Below, piece after piece: positions 21,556-36,900 of a stretch of DNA of 38,742 nucleotides. A model generated the notes under the pieces. That model was not told where the DNA came from. It ran no database searches and saw nothing but the letters and a program-made list of their open reading frames with translations. Made by a program: the position numbers and the translations under genes. The DNA is from Eledone cirrhosa (lineage: Eukaryota). The number at the start of each line of letters is the position of its first letter. Position 1 is the stretch's first letter. The stretch covers positions 1 through 38,742 of the forward strand of contig CAXHJY010001124.1 in NCBI GenBank assembly GCA_964016885.1, given 5' to 3'.

Positions 21556-24500
21556 ATGGATATTAAAAAAAAACAAAAAACGTTAAAGCCTGTCCCAAGA
21601 CCAGAATCTCGTCAGGCCAAGCTTATTTCACTGGCGTTTCGCTAAGCGAATAAGAGAGTACACACTTCCTTCTATACAGAGTTAAGTCCCTCTTGCAGTT
21701 GCTACTCATTCTTTGCCAGCTGAGTAGACTGGAACAACGTGAAATAAAGTATGTAACCCAAAGACACAGTGTACCTCAGGCTGTCCGCCTTCATTGATGG
21801 ATATTGGTATCGGGTATATCTATGGTACTGGATACAAATTCCGTTTTTGTAGAGATGACAGGAGAGAGATGAATATCTTTTAAATATCAAGACCAGAACG
21901 ATGATCAAATACATTCTTGTGACCATCCCGTTCTCAGGAAGAGGGTAGTGGTGGGTTTAGTGTCCCAGACACCATTATCAAATCACAACTTACTGTCTTT
22001 TAGCGTTTTGATACCAACCTACTCAAAACACGCTCTGGTTTTAAGAAACGAAATTATTTATTTTAAAAGGTTCCTATTTAATTTATAACCTTCCAACATA
22101 ATTTGATATGAAACTTTTGTTATATTACAAATACCATCTTAATAATGGTTTCTAATTTAGGCACAAGGTCAGCAATTCTGAAGGAGAACAGCCACACCAA
22201 TCGTAGCACTTTGAAGAACGAAAGTGCAAATTCTACCTAAGCGAGATTCAAACTCAAAACGGGAAGAACCGGAACACGTACTACAAAGCATTTTGTCGGA
22301 CGCTCTAAAATTTCTGTCAATATTCAGTAACTCCAACCAAATTCTTAATTGAAATACGGTGTATTTCATTAGGAATATAGCGAAGAAAGAGTTAAGGCGG
22401 TCGCGTGTGATTTAAGGAAGATTTCACTGCTATTTCTCAGTTCAAGCCACCACACAGGCAATCTTCTTGACGTTTTATTTTTATTAGTAGTCAATACTAA
22501 GGTTGACGCGGACTCAAGTCGATGACAACAAACTGAAATGACAACAACCCACGCTAACCTACTTTTAGTTACAATAATGTTCCCGTTAACTTACGTTATT
22601 ATATCACAACATATGTTCACTGGAGGGCAGGTTAAGCGAGTTATTTTCCACTAAACTATTGTGTAGAAGTGGCACTGACTACTTTAAATCTTTGTACTAT
22701 GAACAACTACTACGCCTAAATATTTCAAGTTGATTCTCCGCAGCGTGTAGTGTACATAGATTAAAAAAAAAAAACTTCATATTTGACGGCAGACCTCAAC
22801 AAGCTTTTTATAATCGCCATATAAATAGGCCTCCGTCAGTTTCGACGAGGTTTGTCCTAGTTGTTCGATCGACGGAACAGCCTGCAAGTGAAGTTAACGT
22901 AAATGGCTTAGCATTCCATAGACACGTGTACTTTCAACGTAATTCTCAGGGAGACTCACTGTGACAAGACTGGCCCTTTGATTTTCAAAGTATAGCCCAT
23001 CCGACGGGTTTCCAAACAGTTTATCAATTAATTTTACTCAGAAGGTGTGGGTTGACCCGACGTCAAGTAAATGCCACACAGTGGGATCGAACCCCTGGAC
23101 CTAAAGATTGTAGAACGAACTTAACTATTTGGCCATGCTGTTTCCATGTAATCGTTATAACTAAACATGTGAATGGCATTGACCACAGATTTAATTGTGT
23201 AAAAAAAAAAAAATCTTTAAAAATAGATTAGAACAATTGTATCGATTTCTTTATATTGCAGACTTCGAGTTTCTGAGAAATGAAATGAAAAGAGCACTAA
23301 CATACCCACATCATTTGATTAACTATTGTTTCCCACAATATACTTATTCAAACTACACGTAACCCTTCCATGGCCATATTTCTAATGCAATATCCATGTG
23401 TTTCAATGAATTTTGGAAATAATCAAGGATTTCAAAATAAGTAAAAATGAAGGAAAGCTGGTGTTTGGAATATGATTTAATAAAATGTTCTTACACAAAA
23501 TTATATCGATTTTAAATAAGAACATTTAAAATTAGAGGCGGTTTCAGGCGGGTTTGCAATATTTTCGCTCATTCCTTTGTTACAAATATTACTCTCGTTA
23601 TATATAACATATATATATAATTTTCAATCATATTTTATTATTTGTTTGACCCGAATAGCTTGTTCTCTTATATGGCTTTGCAGTTAATGGTTTAACCATC
23701 GTCTCAGTGTGTTTGGCCTTTTAACGTATGTTGTTGCTCTAGTTCACTCGTTTCTATGGAGCGCTTGCCACACATCTCGGAAGTTGTTTTTCGTTAATTT
23801 CCAATAGCCGAAATGCGATTCTCGCTAATTTATATATATAATGGAAATACAGAATCCTAGTTTAATATATATATTTGTAGTTCAATAACATTTTATATAT
23901 ACTTTTACGGGTTTCAGTCATTTTGACTGCAGCCATACTGGGGCACGGCCTTAGAAGTTTTATTTTTTAATATCAAACCTGGTACCTATTGTATCGAACT
24001 AAGTTACTATATATACACACACACACACATATTTCCGCACAGTTTTCGCCTTCCAAATTTCACTCACAAGGCATTGGTCAACTGAAGGCTGTAGAGGACA
24101 TGTGCTAATGGCTATTCACGGAGTGAATGAAGTTGATATAACCACAAATCAAATCACGGCCGCAGACTCGATTCCCAAAGACTTTTCCTAATCTGTATTG
24201 CTCACCTCCAGATCAAAAATATGATAAAATTTGCTATATGGATGTTGACAACGACGTATCATTCAGGTTCAGCATTTTAAAGTTCATTTAGATAGAGGAA
24301 AAATTATCATTAGACTTCAAATGGACCCAACGACATCGTTATATAAATGACGGAGGCTCTTAACTAAAGTAAAATTATAAACGTGACGTGAACTTGGCAC
24401 CCTTTTAAACTTGATTATCTACCAATTGCTTTACTATATTTTGTTGAAAAGATCTTCGATAATATTTGGTTTCTTTACATTATGTTTTAGGCTAATGGAA

Positions 24501-25849
24501 CAATATAATTTGCTTGATAAAATTCCTGAAGGATTGTAGGAGGAATTTCCTTTTTCATCTTTTATTTAACACAGTAGAATGTCAGTTATTGAAGCTTGGG
24601 GTTTAAGTATAGAGTAAACCCATTTATACACTCAAAAATAGAACTGCTTTAAATAAAACTCATGATGCAATAAATAAACATGAATAAATAGAAAGAAAGG
24701 AATTAATTCAAATGTTTTTATTATAAAGTCATCGTTTAAAACAATATTTTTTTTACATAGAAAAATAAAAAAAAACTGTAATCGTTTAAAAATAAGAAAC
24801 ATAGCAAGAGTATTTTGGATATTTATATCATTGATCAATTATTTATACTTTTTAACAATGTAACTGTTGGAACAAGGTCAAACAATTGATTTGGAAAAAA
24901 AGTGAATGGATACTACAGATATCGATCTTAAACAACGACAGATTTTCTTGAAACATGTTCACTTGTTGGTAGTGTGAGGTCGGCAATTTCCTTCAATGAT
25001 GGTGGCGTAGGTTCGGCGAGCTCCGTTGACTGTGGTGTTACTCAGCTAGCTCTATACCTTTGCCACTGATAGTCAAGATCACTCAGTGACTGGGGTATAG
25101 GGCAGTTGATAAAAACACCCGTTACAGGAACAATATCTTCAAGCAAAGATAGCAAGACTTATAAGCGAGACAAGAGTCAAATGAAAACGGGTTCATGATC
25201 CAGTATCGAAACAAGGTTCTGTTTCGAACCCAGTCGTCCTCTTAAAACAGAAAAGTAAGAAATTTATTTTGCTTCATTGCATTAAGCAAGCTATCACGCA
25301 CAGAGTGTGTGTATGTTGGGTTGAGAACACCGGGTGATTGTAATTAAGGATGGTTCACAGTAGTTGTCCTATGGTTGAGTTACTGAGTTGCTTGGAAGAC
25401 AAGTGGCGCCAACCCTACGCACTCAAACCATAATAACTTCAATATTTTTTATCGGTGTTGTCCTAGATTTGAGATCACATCTGTTATTTTTACACCAGGA
25501 TACGTATGAGATATTAAGGATTGTATGTAAAGGATATGTTGCTAAGTCACATTGTATACAGTCTAACCTCAAACTTTTAAGACAAAATTACATAAGATTT
25601 CTTTATCACCCATGCATATTACAAAACATTTTTTATACACTAAAGCGACATTTGAACAATAAATTACTATTCACCGGTTCGATCTCCGGTAATCAAATAT
25701 ATTCCTGGAGATATTTTTTCTACAATCTACCCAGCAGTGTTAAATGCTCAATCAGTTAATGTTTGAAATACTATATTTTAAACACACATTCTAACATATA
25801 TCACTGTTTAGTCACGAAGGAAAGAGTAGTTCCCTTGACCCTTTTCAGA

Positions 25850-26220
25850 GCTTCCGAGATTGGTGGTAGAAAGGAAGATGCTCTCAAATCGTAGAACTAG
25901 TTTGAATGCCTCCTCTGGTGGGACTCCGCGAAATGCACTCAACAACCAGATGGAGGTGTTAAAACGAGAACAAAGGGGACTCAGTTAAAGGAACCAAACG
26001 ACTAGATGGTGCTCGTCGAGAGAGAGAGTAATAGAGATGTAAACATTATCAACTGTTTAATGTCCTGAAAACTGGCAGAAAGTTCCAGAAACTTGTGACA
26101 GCTTCTACCTTGTACAGAGAATAGAAAGATGAGAGGTGAGGCGGAGTGGTTTAGGCATTCTCAGGGCTCTTTCTTGTGCATCAAATTGTTGTTGATGCTG
26201 CATTCCAAAACGTTAGTATA
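25850..26220 (-). mobile_element. Possible decayed LINE (RTE-like) ORF fragment
   Basis: Only weak resemblance, across frameshifts, to the EN-RT linker of RTE elements. A PPSLKEI-like stretch lies further along the minus strand at ~24985-25005. Confidence 0.25.
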
Positions 26221-26852
26221 AACAAATAAAAATAAAATAAACTGCACATTCAATTATGTCTTTCAATAGCATGTTCGTGTGTATATGTGTGTGCCTTTCA
26301 ATAGTTGAAATTACGGAACCACTCCCAAGAGTTAAAGTTAGTAGGGTGATGTTTGAAAGTTAATGTCAAATGACATAGGCAGCGACGGGGGTGAAATAGT
26401 GAATGAGAGAATTTGGAGAGAGAGACCCATTATGGCGGAGTAGAGTAATCACGTTATTATATATTTTGAGATTCAAGTTTCTTAAAATTTAAAAATAAAA
26501 AATGAGCTCGAATCGGTGATGGAAATTTAATAATCCACTAGTTGGACACACAAAGTTGCCAGATCAATTTCATTAAAAGTAGCACAAAATGTTCAAAAAG
26601 TAGTGACTCGTGTTAGTATGTGTGGTTGGTTCACATTTCATCATTGTCATCGTTCGAATGCATTAGCAGATGGCCACAATCAGCTGTGATTTGAATCTCT
26701 AGGCAGAATTGAACTCAAGACGCAAATACATAAAGTATCAACTCAGGGCAGTGAATTACTTATTCCAAAAGGATGAACGATAGATGACCTCGGAGCGCAG
26801 ATTGTCGGAACAAATACCACGAGTTATTTCTATCCGACACTCTTACGACTAA

Positions 26853-27357
26853 TCTCTATATATAAAACTGAGGTTGTCTGTCTACTAAAACGGTCGGCAT
26901 ACATCTCCTACTAAATCGTACGTCCAAATTTCGGTGAAATTGCTACACTTATAGATGAAGGTCCGGCGGAATTATCGGTCAAACAAATTTTCAAATGGAC
27001 CACCGCCAAGTGCAAAAATCGAATTTGTAATGTATTGATTTTTTTCAAAATAACTGATAGTTTGGTTACGCTGATGTTTTTCTCTGAGACGAGTGTTGCA
27101 GTGTTTACATTTTCGATTTTTGTTAATAGATTGATTACCAGTGCAGATTTTATCACCAGCATCCTCTTTTGTTTTAACATTCGGGTTATGGTTATGTTTT
27201 CTTAACTTCATACTGTTGGTTGAGGGAATATTAATCAAAAGTACCACATGAAAGTCTACACTGTAGACTACAGTTTTTAAGCCAAGAAAGGGACTTAACA
27301 TTGTAACTTTAACACAGCTACTGAGCAGCCCCGAGCAACGCCGGGCTTTACTGCTCG
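26853..27357 (+). mobile_element. Non-autonomous Helitron (same family as 3058-3981)
   Basis: The 5' end is A^TCtctatatataaaactgaggttgtctgtct. The 3' hairpin gccccgagcaacgccgggc is followed by CTCG^T (decayed CTAG), in an AT target site with no TSD. Confidence 0.72.
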
Positions 27358-29349
27358 TATATATATAAACAAAGAGGACAAGACAACGGGCGAAAAAACG
27401 ATATATATATATATATATATACATATATGACCGAGTGGTTAAGGGGTTCGCTTCGCAACCACGGGGTTCTGGGTTCAATTCTACTACAGCCTAGTGTTAA
27501 CTAATGCTTTATAAGTGGGATTTGGTAAGCAAGAAGCCCGTCGTGGTGTTTACGTCTTGTAATTTAGAGGGTTTATAAAAAGAGGTCGTTAAAGTACTGA
27601 AGTCAATATGATCGACTAAATCAAGACAATGCCCCAGGATGGTTGCAGTCTGACTGAAACCAATAAAAGAATACAAAAATAAAGAGGTAATGAAACATAC
27701 TACCCATCCTACGATATCTACATTCATCATCTTTACATTTTCAATTAATATAATCAAACAAGAGCAGTAGCTTGTTATATTTTATTAACTGAAAATTTTT
27801 TTTTGGGGGGGGGGGACAAAGGACAAAATATACTAATTAATAGTTTTTCGGAAAACTGTCACCTAAATGTTTAAATGTTCATTTGCTTCATTTCAAATGT
27901 AAATATTTTATCAAATTTACAGTGGGGTGGCTGTTGATGGAATATACGAATAATCACTAAAAAGGGAACGATAGAATAAAAAATTTGGAAAACCTCAGGT
28001 TTAGGCTTTATTGAAACAGTATTAATGATAGGTGGTAAATTTATGGGTATAAAAATAACATTTACTGGTGGGGCGAATTCATATATATAGTATAGTCGTA
28101 TTCATTATATCTTGTTTGACTGGTACTCAGCGAAACTCAAGGGCCAGTCAACCAAAATGCACTACATATCTTACAAATAAATTCCCTGCTTTTGCATCGA
28201 TCGTGCAGAACAGAATAGAATAAACGCATTAAGGAGTACATAGATTCACATTAAATATTCCTGTACAAATACCGTTTACATCCACAAAGCATATTCAATG
28301 TTATACTTTTAAGTGCAGTCACATGCATTGTATTGTGTGACATTTGTGTCGTTTATTCAGCGTTGTGCACTTTGCTTTATCTTATCAATATATCTCTTTC
28401 ACACATTTATTTTGTTTCGTTTATATTGGTTTATTTTCTTGTCGGAAACCATTTTTTTAAAATATATAATTATTAATTTAGTGTCAGTATTTACCGCCAA
28501 AATGCGTCGTTCCCATTGGCCAATAATATGATGACGTTTAACCGTTCTGAGTAATGCCAGGGTTCTTGTTTCTTTGTCGCAAATCTTGCGTGCTTCGAAT
28601 GACTAATACTAAGTAATTTCTTTGCCACAGGGGAACCGAGGAGTAAAAAAAGAACTGGAAAAGGGAGTGTTCATTCAATTTCATATAAAATCATAAAATA
28701 TAGTTTATATAAAAATGTAAATAGATACGAAATAAAATATATTTTTAATCATAAGGAAGCAGCAGGGCCGTATTAAGTAGTTTGTTTCATAAACATAGTT
28801 TGGGGTTTAGGTGCATTGCACGGTAACTTAGGCGAGTGTGTACTATGGGCTCAAGGTGACCACTACCTTGTGAGAAAAACTGGTTAATGGAAATTGTGTG
28901 GAAACCTGTCATGTGTGTGTGTGTTTACGATTTGTTCATATGTTATGTAACTTAGCAACTCCACAAACAGGTCGATAAATAAGTATCAGATATGAAAAAA
29001 AGAATCGAAGTCAATATTTGACCAAATCCCTTTAATATATTGCCCCAGCATGACCGTAGTCTAATGACTGAAACCAGTAAAAATTATAAGAGAAAGATGA
29101 AAGAATATATAAATATATCACCACACAGGGTGGATAAGGACACACCGAAACAGAACTGTTTTCAAGCAATATCAAATATTTGCTCCCTCGTTCCCGTCTG
29201 CAACTACTGATAGTACGAGTATTTCGCCCACGTCAAACATCATTCACGAACACCTTTCATAAAACCTCACCCCAAAGAAAAACCAATCCCTCTGTCTCCC
29301 TCCCTCTTTCTTTACGTGATAGTGGAACACCATGATGTAATAATACTAA

Positions 29350-29588
29350 AACCCTTTCATGACCACATTTCTAATGAAATATACTCTATTTTAATTAATT
29401 AATGAAGAATTTCTAAAGATTTACTAAACTTATTAATTATTTCATTATTAAGATATTAACTTAATGTAAGGTTCTTATATAAAATTATGTTGGAAGATTT
29501 TAATTTAAATTGGAAACCTTTAAAATGGGCGGCTTTATTTCATAGAACCAGAGTCACTTTTTGATCAGGTTGGTAACTAAAGGGGTAT
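29350..29588. mobile_element. piggyBac-like MITE family; fragments at 8641-8720, 22000-22125 (inverted) and 23360-23560
   Basis: Termini are accctttcatgacca...tggtaactaaaggggt. The 8641 copy begins TTAA-CCCTT, and copies share cat(a)tttctaat...aattttg(g/a)aaataatcaa. Confidence 0.45.
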
Positions 29589-29868
29589 GAAGATCGCTTC
29601 CATTAACTTAATGGAGTCGTAGGAGCGCCCGTGTTGGGCATTTTAAACCTGGTGGCACCCATCCCTCTCCAGATTGTAATAGCCAATTTAAGAGAGAACT
29701 ATTTCCAGTACTGGACTGGTGCTTTAACGATCTCGAAAGGATAAAGGGCAGGAATGACCTCGGCGGGGATTTAACTCAAAACTCGGTGAGATGTAACAAT
29801 TACCAAAGCATTAAAACTAGTCTCCCATTGTGAACAGTGAGCGCCTATTACAATTTGAAATGTCACAG

Positions 29869-30002
29869 GCATATGACCAAGACTAGGAGCCAATATATTA
29901 CATACACAGAGTCATATGGCCAGGATTAGGGATCGATATATTACATACATTGATAGTCATATGACCAGAACTAGGGACCAATATATAACAAACTGATAGT
30001 CA
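29869..30002. repeat. Degenerate ~44-45 bp tandem repeat x3
   Basis: catatg(a/g)cca..(a/t)(c/t)tagg...atatat...agt occurs three times. Confidence 0.8.
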
Positions 30003-33000
30003 ATTCAGTAGTCGCAGAAGTATGACAAGCAAAGACAACCCCCAGCAAGATATGAAGTCAGAAAGTAAGAAGAGATTATCTATACACACTCTTTGTCCTC
30101 AACTATGGTTGCTTTGCCATGTTTCTCAATAATTATCTCTTATCTGGATAGCTAATTGTTATGGAATAATAATGGAACAATCGATTAAATCGATCTCCAG
30201 CGCTTGGATGCTTTTTTATCTAGTAAATGATGAGGGAAATGAAATTGAGGGAAATGAAGTGAAAAAAAAAAAAAAATCGACTGAGCGTGATTAAAACTCA
30301 GGACATAAAGGGGTATAACTAAATACTGAATAAGACAAAAGACATTCAAACGAGTATGACTTAGTATGTACCACACTTTCTCATGCAATCGTGAGCAGAC
30401 CCAGACACCTTCTCTTGATGTAGCAGAGCATTTAAGATGGGACAGCTAGGAGGACTGCATCAGCATTAAGGCTGGATACTTTATCAGCTCCGAAAAATGA
30501 AAGGCAAAATGAACCTCGGCGGATTTGAACTCAGAGCCAACTCGACCGCCTTTATAATGGTTAATAAATAAATAAAAAGTATTTACAAAGCACAGCAGTT
30601 AAACCATAGAATAACTGAAATAAACTCCTGCTCAGCCTAATCCACAAACTGGACAGAAACACAATTCAATTCTTTTATTGGTTTCAGTCTGTGGCACCGC
30701 TCTGAAAAGAATTAGTCGATTATATCAAACCAAGAATTTTTCTTCTTCAAGTTTTGCACTTATTTTATCGATCTCGTTTTTCAGAAATGTTAAGCTGCGA
30801 TACACGGACACACAATTTCACTCATACGACATTGATTAACGCGAAACTATAGTAGAAGAAATTTTCATAAGGTTCCACACCGTGGGACTGAACTCAAAAC
30901 CTTGTGGTTGCGAAGCTATCTCATAAATAAATGAACGAAACCAAACAAACTCGAACCAACAAGGAATCTTCTACATAACCGTTCGACTCGCTAGAAATAA
31001 CAGCCTAATCTCCCTCGAGCCAAAGACTATCCTTTGAACAAAAGACACATTGGGTAATGTAGTCCGGAGTGCACTATACCTAGAAAGAAAGGTGGAATGG
31101 TCACAACTAGAATATATATGTAAGATTATTCATGTGTTGCATCTCCGTCGGTGGCGAATGTCCTAGCCATTCTAACAACGGGAACGGCCTGCTCGTGAAA
31201 TTAAGGCATTCCACAAACACGTGCACCCTTAATTCAGTTTTCAGGTAGATTCAGCGAGTCAATGTACGATAAGGCTAACTCATTTTTTTCTAGCTCAGTA
31301 AGCTGCAGCAACGTAAAATAGAGTCTCTTACTCAAGAACACAACGCACCGAATCGAACTTGCGTCTTTACGATCGTGAGCCGAACGCAACCACTAATCGC
31401 GTGCCTTCCTATTACTAATAATTTTGTATATATATATATATATATATATATTACACACGCACAAAATACTTTGTCATGTCCCATTACATATTGTACTTTA
31501 TGACAGCTAGAGGTGAACTATGGCAGTTACAATTAGAGCATTGCACCACGTTGTACTTCTTGACACCCGAACCGAAACATGACAAAAGAACAGGTGTCAC
31601 CATAAGAGAACTTTATCAAAATACACGCGCGCACCCATATGACGGCGTTCCGGCGGTTTTGACGATGAGTGTTCCAGTTGTACAATCAACGAAACAGCCT
31701 GCCTCATGAAATTAACATGTAAGTGACTAGACACGATAGACACATTTACCCATAACGTAATTATTGAGTTCAGTGTGACAAGTGTGGGATAAAGCTGGTC
31801 TTTTGAAATTAGAGGTTCAGTCCATCGGACAAGCTTCCAAATAGGTTCCGTCTACCAAATTTCACTCACAAGGCATCGGTCGACTCGATGCTATGCTAAA
31901 TGACACTTGACTAACATGCCACACATTGTGATCGAACACAGCACCTAATGATTGCACAGCGAACTACTTAACCATTCGACTACGCTGCATCCAAAAGGCG
32001 CGCACACAATGTCGCATGTTATTCTTTTAACCGTCACACAAAACTAACTGAACAGGAATTACTTTTGCAATTACATTTAAAACAAGAAAAACATTTCTTC
32101 TGAGTGTGTATGTGTGCTCGCGTGCATTGTACCAGGTGCTTCTACCGGGAAGGTGTCCTGGAGATGTGAAGCTGACCATCTGCGAACAAGGCGTGAGGTA
32201 AGTGTGGAGTGTGTCAGCGACACCCATCAATCTACTGCCGGTGTAAATACAACCTTAATTAACAAGAGGAAGACATAATATCACGTAAGACCTATCATGA
32301 CTATAAAAAAATATTTTAGGGGTCAGCTAGTTACGATTTTGAAGAAAATTTAATTAAAATGTTTGCTTTTTATATATGAATAAATTCGCTTAAACAAATT
32401 TGGTTTCATTTAATGTCTTATTAAAATTGAGAGTTCCGCAGCAAAATGATCAATTTTTAACATTCTAATCCAAAGCAAGAAGGTGCCCCGTCGGTTTCGA
32501 CGACGGTCACTCATTCAATCGTTCGAACTGAACACTCCGACTCGTAAATTAATGAGTAATTCAGATACGTGTCCCTATAAAATAATTCTCATGTAGAATC
32601 AACGGGACACAATATGTGACAAGGCTGACCTTTAATTACATATACAATCTATCCGAGGGGCTTCCACATAATTTCCGTCTACTCGATTTCACTCCTACGG
32701 TTTAGATCAACCCGAGGCTGTGGTAAAGACACTTGCCTAAAGGGTCACGCAGTGGGATCGAACTCGAAACCTCATTATTGCGATGCGAAGTTAACCACGA
32801 TTAAACCATAAACTGTTCTTTTCAAAGAGTCTTAAGACGGCCGAGTATGTTTGAAGGGAGATTCGGCTACTATTTCTACCGGATAGATCTCGTTAGTTTT
32901 CGCTAAGACCAGCACAGTCTTTGAAGAACTCGATGTCAATTCAACACGTACACAGTCTCCCAGTTAACACCGCCGCCTGGCCCTTAGGTGTGGGGTGGGG

Positions 33001-33296
33001 ACTTTAGTGGGGGTGAATTATTGCAAACATGTGGACTAGATATCCGATTTATGGATACTTCACCCTCACCCAGCAGTCTCGGAGGAATATGAAAAGAGGG
33101 TCATGGACATTACCCTTTTCTCTGTTTAAACAGTATAAACACACACAAACACAGTAACTATCGAGAATAAAAAAAAAAAAAAAAGAATCTGGCCCAAACA
33201 CAGAGGCTCACCAGGCCGAACCTTATCCCGGTTTCTTTGGTGTTAAGCGACTAATAGTACAAGCCGGAGACGCTAGTGCATTGCAGGGTACACACT

Positions 33297-33402
33297 ACTG
33301 CCGAGGTTGACTTTGCCTTTCATCCTTACGGGGGTCGATAATATAAAGTACCAGTAATGCACTGGGTAATTGCTGGCCTTGTGCCAAAAGTAGAAACAAT
33401 TA
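33297..33402 (+). mobile_element. 5'-truncated young SINE copy
   Basis: gccgaggttgactttgcctttcatccttacgggggtcgata...ccagtaatgcactgggtaattgctggccttgtgccaaaagtagaaacaatta. Confidence 0.85.
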
Positions 33403-33830
33403 ATTTTTCAGCCGTGTGAACTATCTTGCTCAAGGACATAGCATGCCGTCCGATCCAGGAATCGAACCAATGACATTATGATTGTGATCCGAACGCCCTA
33501 ACCAGTAGGCTGCACACGTGGCAATAGCAGCAGTAACACTTTTCCCTACATCGTCATCATATCGCTACTATTTATATAAATATGAAGCCAAACGGAGTCG
33601 ATACTCTAGTACATGGCTCATCATTTTTATGCCCCTCATCCATACCAATGAAAAGTAAACAAGCAATATTTAAACTCAGAACCCAACAGTACCGTAACCG
33701 AATACCTATGTATTTTAATCTGGCACATAACCATTTTTGCTACTCCACTGTCTTTACTACAGGTGATGAATGGTGTAGTAGTTGTAGTTACTAGTCCTAA
33801 CAATAACAGCAATGATAATGGTAATAATAA

Positions 33831-33942
33831 TTGTTTCTACTTTTGGCACAAGGCCAGCAACTACTCAGTGTATTACTGGTTCTTTATTTTATCGACCCCG
33901 TAAGGATGAAAGGCAAAGTTAACCTTGGCGGGATTTGAACTC
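33831..33942 (-). mobile_element. 5'-truncated young SINE with a 17-bp target-site duplication
   Basis: ataatggtaataataat lies at 33815-33831 and 33943-33959, flanking the SINE body. Confidence 0.88.
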
Positions 33943-36900
33943 ATAATGGTAATAATAATATCTTGAAATTATCGACTATCCATTTATTTATCCAAACATG
34001 AACAAACAACGGAAACAAAAATAGGCAATAAACTCAATGCACACACACTCTGAGTCCATCTTAATTCAGTGGAAATTTATCAAAATTGCTATGTTTAAAA
34101 CTCGTTTAAAATAAATAATCATTTGCTTATTAGAACCGATGTTCTTGATGCGGTTATCTAAACTAGCTACATAACAACTATAATCACTAGAGATTTTAAT
34201 AATGCACCGCTAGCCATGGGCACGTGGTAGGAGTGAATTCCGTTACACTTTCACGCCGTTTACCACGATTGCAGCTTGGAACAATGAACGCTTTGGAGCA
34301 AGCATTAGGGCCAAGTCTCCAGCTAAGGAGATATCTTTTTCTCTACGTATTGGAGACCCCTAAATAAAAGGATCACAGGAAATGCCTCCCTCGCTTCTCC
34401 AACAAACACACAATAGACAAAACAAAAAAAAAAAAAGCATTACGGCCTGGTTTGAATACACGTGAGGGGGAGTCGACATCGATTTACAATAAACTTGATT
34501 GAATTAAAGTAAATATGAATTCCCAGCTGTCAGCTAGGCCAGATACTGTAACAAATAACTGCTTTTGTTAACATTCAATAGTTAATTGCTTAAACAAAGT
34601 AAAAATATGAATGCAGGCATGGTTAACAGGTTTTCTTCCCAATCACGAGGTGCTGAGTTCGATATCGTTGCGTGACAGCATAGCCCCGGGTCGATCCAAG
34701 TCTTGAAAGTGTAATTAGGTAAAAATCAATAATGATTACAGAGACCCGTATCGTGTGCAGTCTGGAACATTCGCAGAAAATTTAAAAAGCTGTAACTCTT
34801 AACGTCCTGTTTCTAAATGAAACCATATCTAACCCCTATTGTCATTAATTTGCTCAACCCGTCCAGAAATTAACGTTATTCTTCCTTCAAAACATCGAAG
34901 TATATAAAGGTTTTAAACGAACACGATTTTTTATAACTCGGGGATTTGATGAGGGGGCGGGAGGACCAATTGACCGCATGTGTATGTCCAGTGCATTTCT
35001 GAATAGGTGAGTAACGGTAAGATTTCTTGCTAAATGCATTTTTTGTTGTTGTTCAGACTGGGAGGGAATGGCAGTACCCATTTAAAAAAAAGCAGGAGAG
35101 GCAAGAAGGTATCCCCAAACTGGAGATCTGGTCCGAATACTTGCAACGAGTGGTCTCCGCCAAAAATAACCGAGGACCAGGCGGTGGTCATAAACTAGGT
35201 GACTGATTAAGTTCTACAACCCAAATAGACCAGATGCGTAATTTGAATTCAGAACAAAGAACCGGAACAAATATCCAATCCACCATCCTCGACTGGTACT
35301 TTATTTTAATAAATCCGAAAGAATGAAAGATAAGTTTGATCTAGGCAAGATTTGAACTTAGAGCAGAGAGAACTAGAACAAACATTTAACGTCGGGTGAA
35401 TAACATTTTTTTTTTCAGACCTACCTGAATGTCAAGCACTTTTGAAACTCATATTTAGAAATGTTATATTACTCTTACGTAAGACGATTCCCTGGTCATT
35501 TCTTTTTGTGATGGTGGTGTGGATCAACTTATTTTCCCTCGTTTACGGCATTGTTTGAGAAGGAAGTGTGTGTTGAGGGATAGAAAGCAGATGTTCCCCA
35601 CCACCACATAATCTTTATCTCTCAGTATACTCCCACACGTATTCTTTGTATAGTTACATCAACAAAAAAGAAAGAAAAATCACACCCAATAAACACCCAC
35701 ATAAATATTTGTGGGAAAGTTCAAATACTCTACCTCCACTATCAATAACACACATGAGTAGTGAGTGTATATATATATATATACACACACATACGCGCTA
35801 AGTCACTGCACTCCCCCGCATATAACACACACACACTAGCAAATCTGATAAGATATCAAGTTAAATGTAGACAATATTCTGTGACTAATATTTTCTAACG
35901 AAACTGTATTCTTCACTATTTGCGATAAGTAAGATCAGATCATGTGATGTAAAATTGCATCAGATTGTACTACCAATTACAGCCGGTTCTTTACTTAAAT
36001 GCTGTGTCTCTACTACACATCTGCATGTAATGATCAAAAGCATTCCAAACATGACCATCCGGTCTTTTAGCAGTATGTAGGACAACATTATCCAATGTGG
36101 TTTTGTTTAAGACGCCGGGATTTGGTTTTAGGGAGATTTTGGCTACTTCTAGTAGGCCGAGATAAGTCTGCTCCTCAATGTATATTGACATGAATCAAAT
36201 AATAAATAGAATATCTTAAAATGTAAATATCAAAACGCACATTGGAAAATATGTGAAATCCTTGATACAGTTAGGTATATTTAAAAAAAAGGAAAAGAAT
36301 GGCTTCACTTATAGTTCTATACAAATTTAATTTTATATTTATGATTTTACAATTTGGTTGTGTAGAAAATCATAATATTAAATTAAATTGTTTAGAACTA
36401 CAAGTGAAGTCATTCTTTTCCTTTTTTTTAAATTATATATATATATATATATATAAATTCCATATGTAAAAATTAATCTAGTTAAAATATTTAAAAGGTT
36501 ATTTGAATTTCGTTTCCAAAATCTGTATTGACTGCCAGAATCGATTCCGTGTGCTGTCGTGTGGTTAGAAATATACTCCAAATGCAAAAATAACATTTTT
36601 TTCCAGACGAAATTTAAGATTTCGATTGTTTCAACTTTTAATATCAGTTTACAATTGTCTATATACTTACAAGGAAATTTTGTTTTTAAGAAACATTTTT
36701 TTACCTGTCATCCGTATTTTCTATAGTCCCGATATTATCATATTGATACAAAATGATATTTCAACAGTAGCAGGATGTATTTTAGTTCAGTAAGTTTTAT
36801 TATATCTTAACGGTACTACGAGATTTTGATAATACTAAAGAACGACATAACGACCGTTTGTTGTACTCCCCACCACCACCATCATTTTGTTACCTCATAA

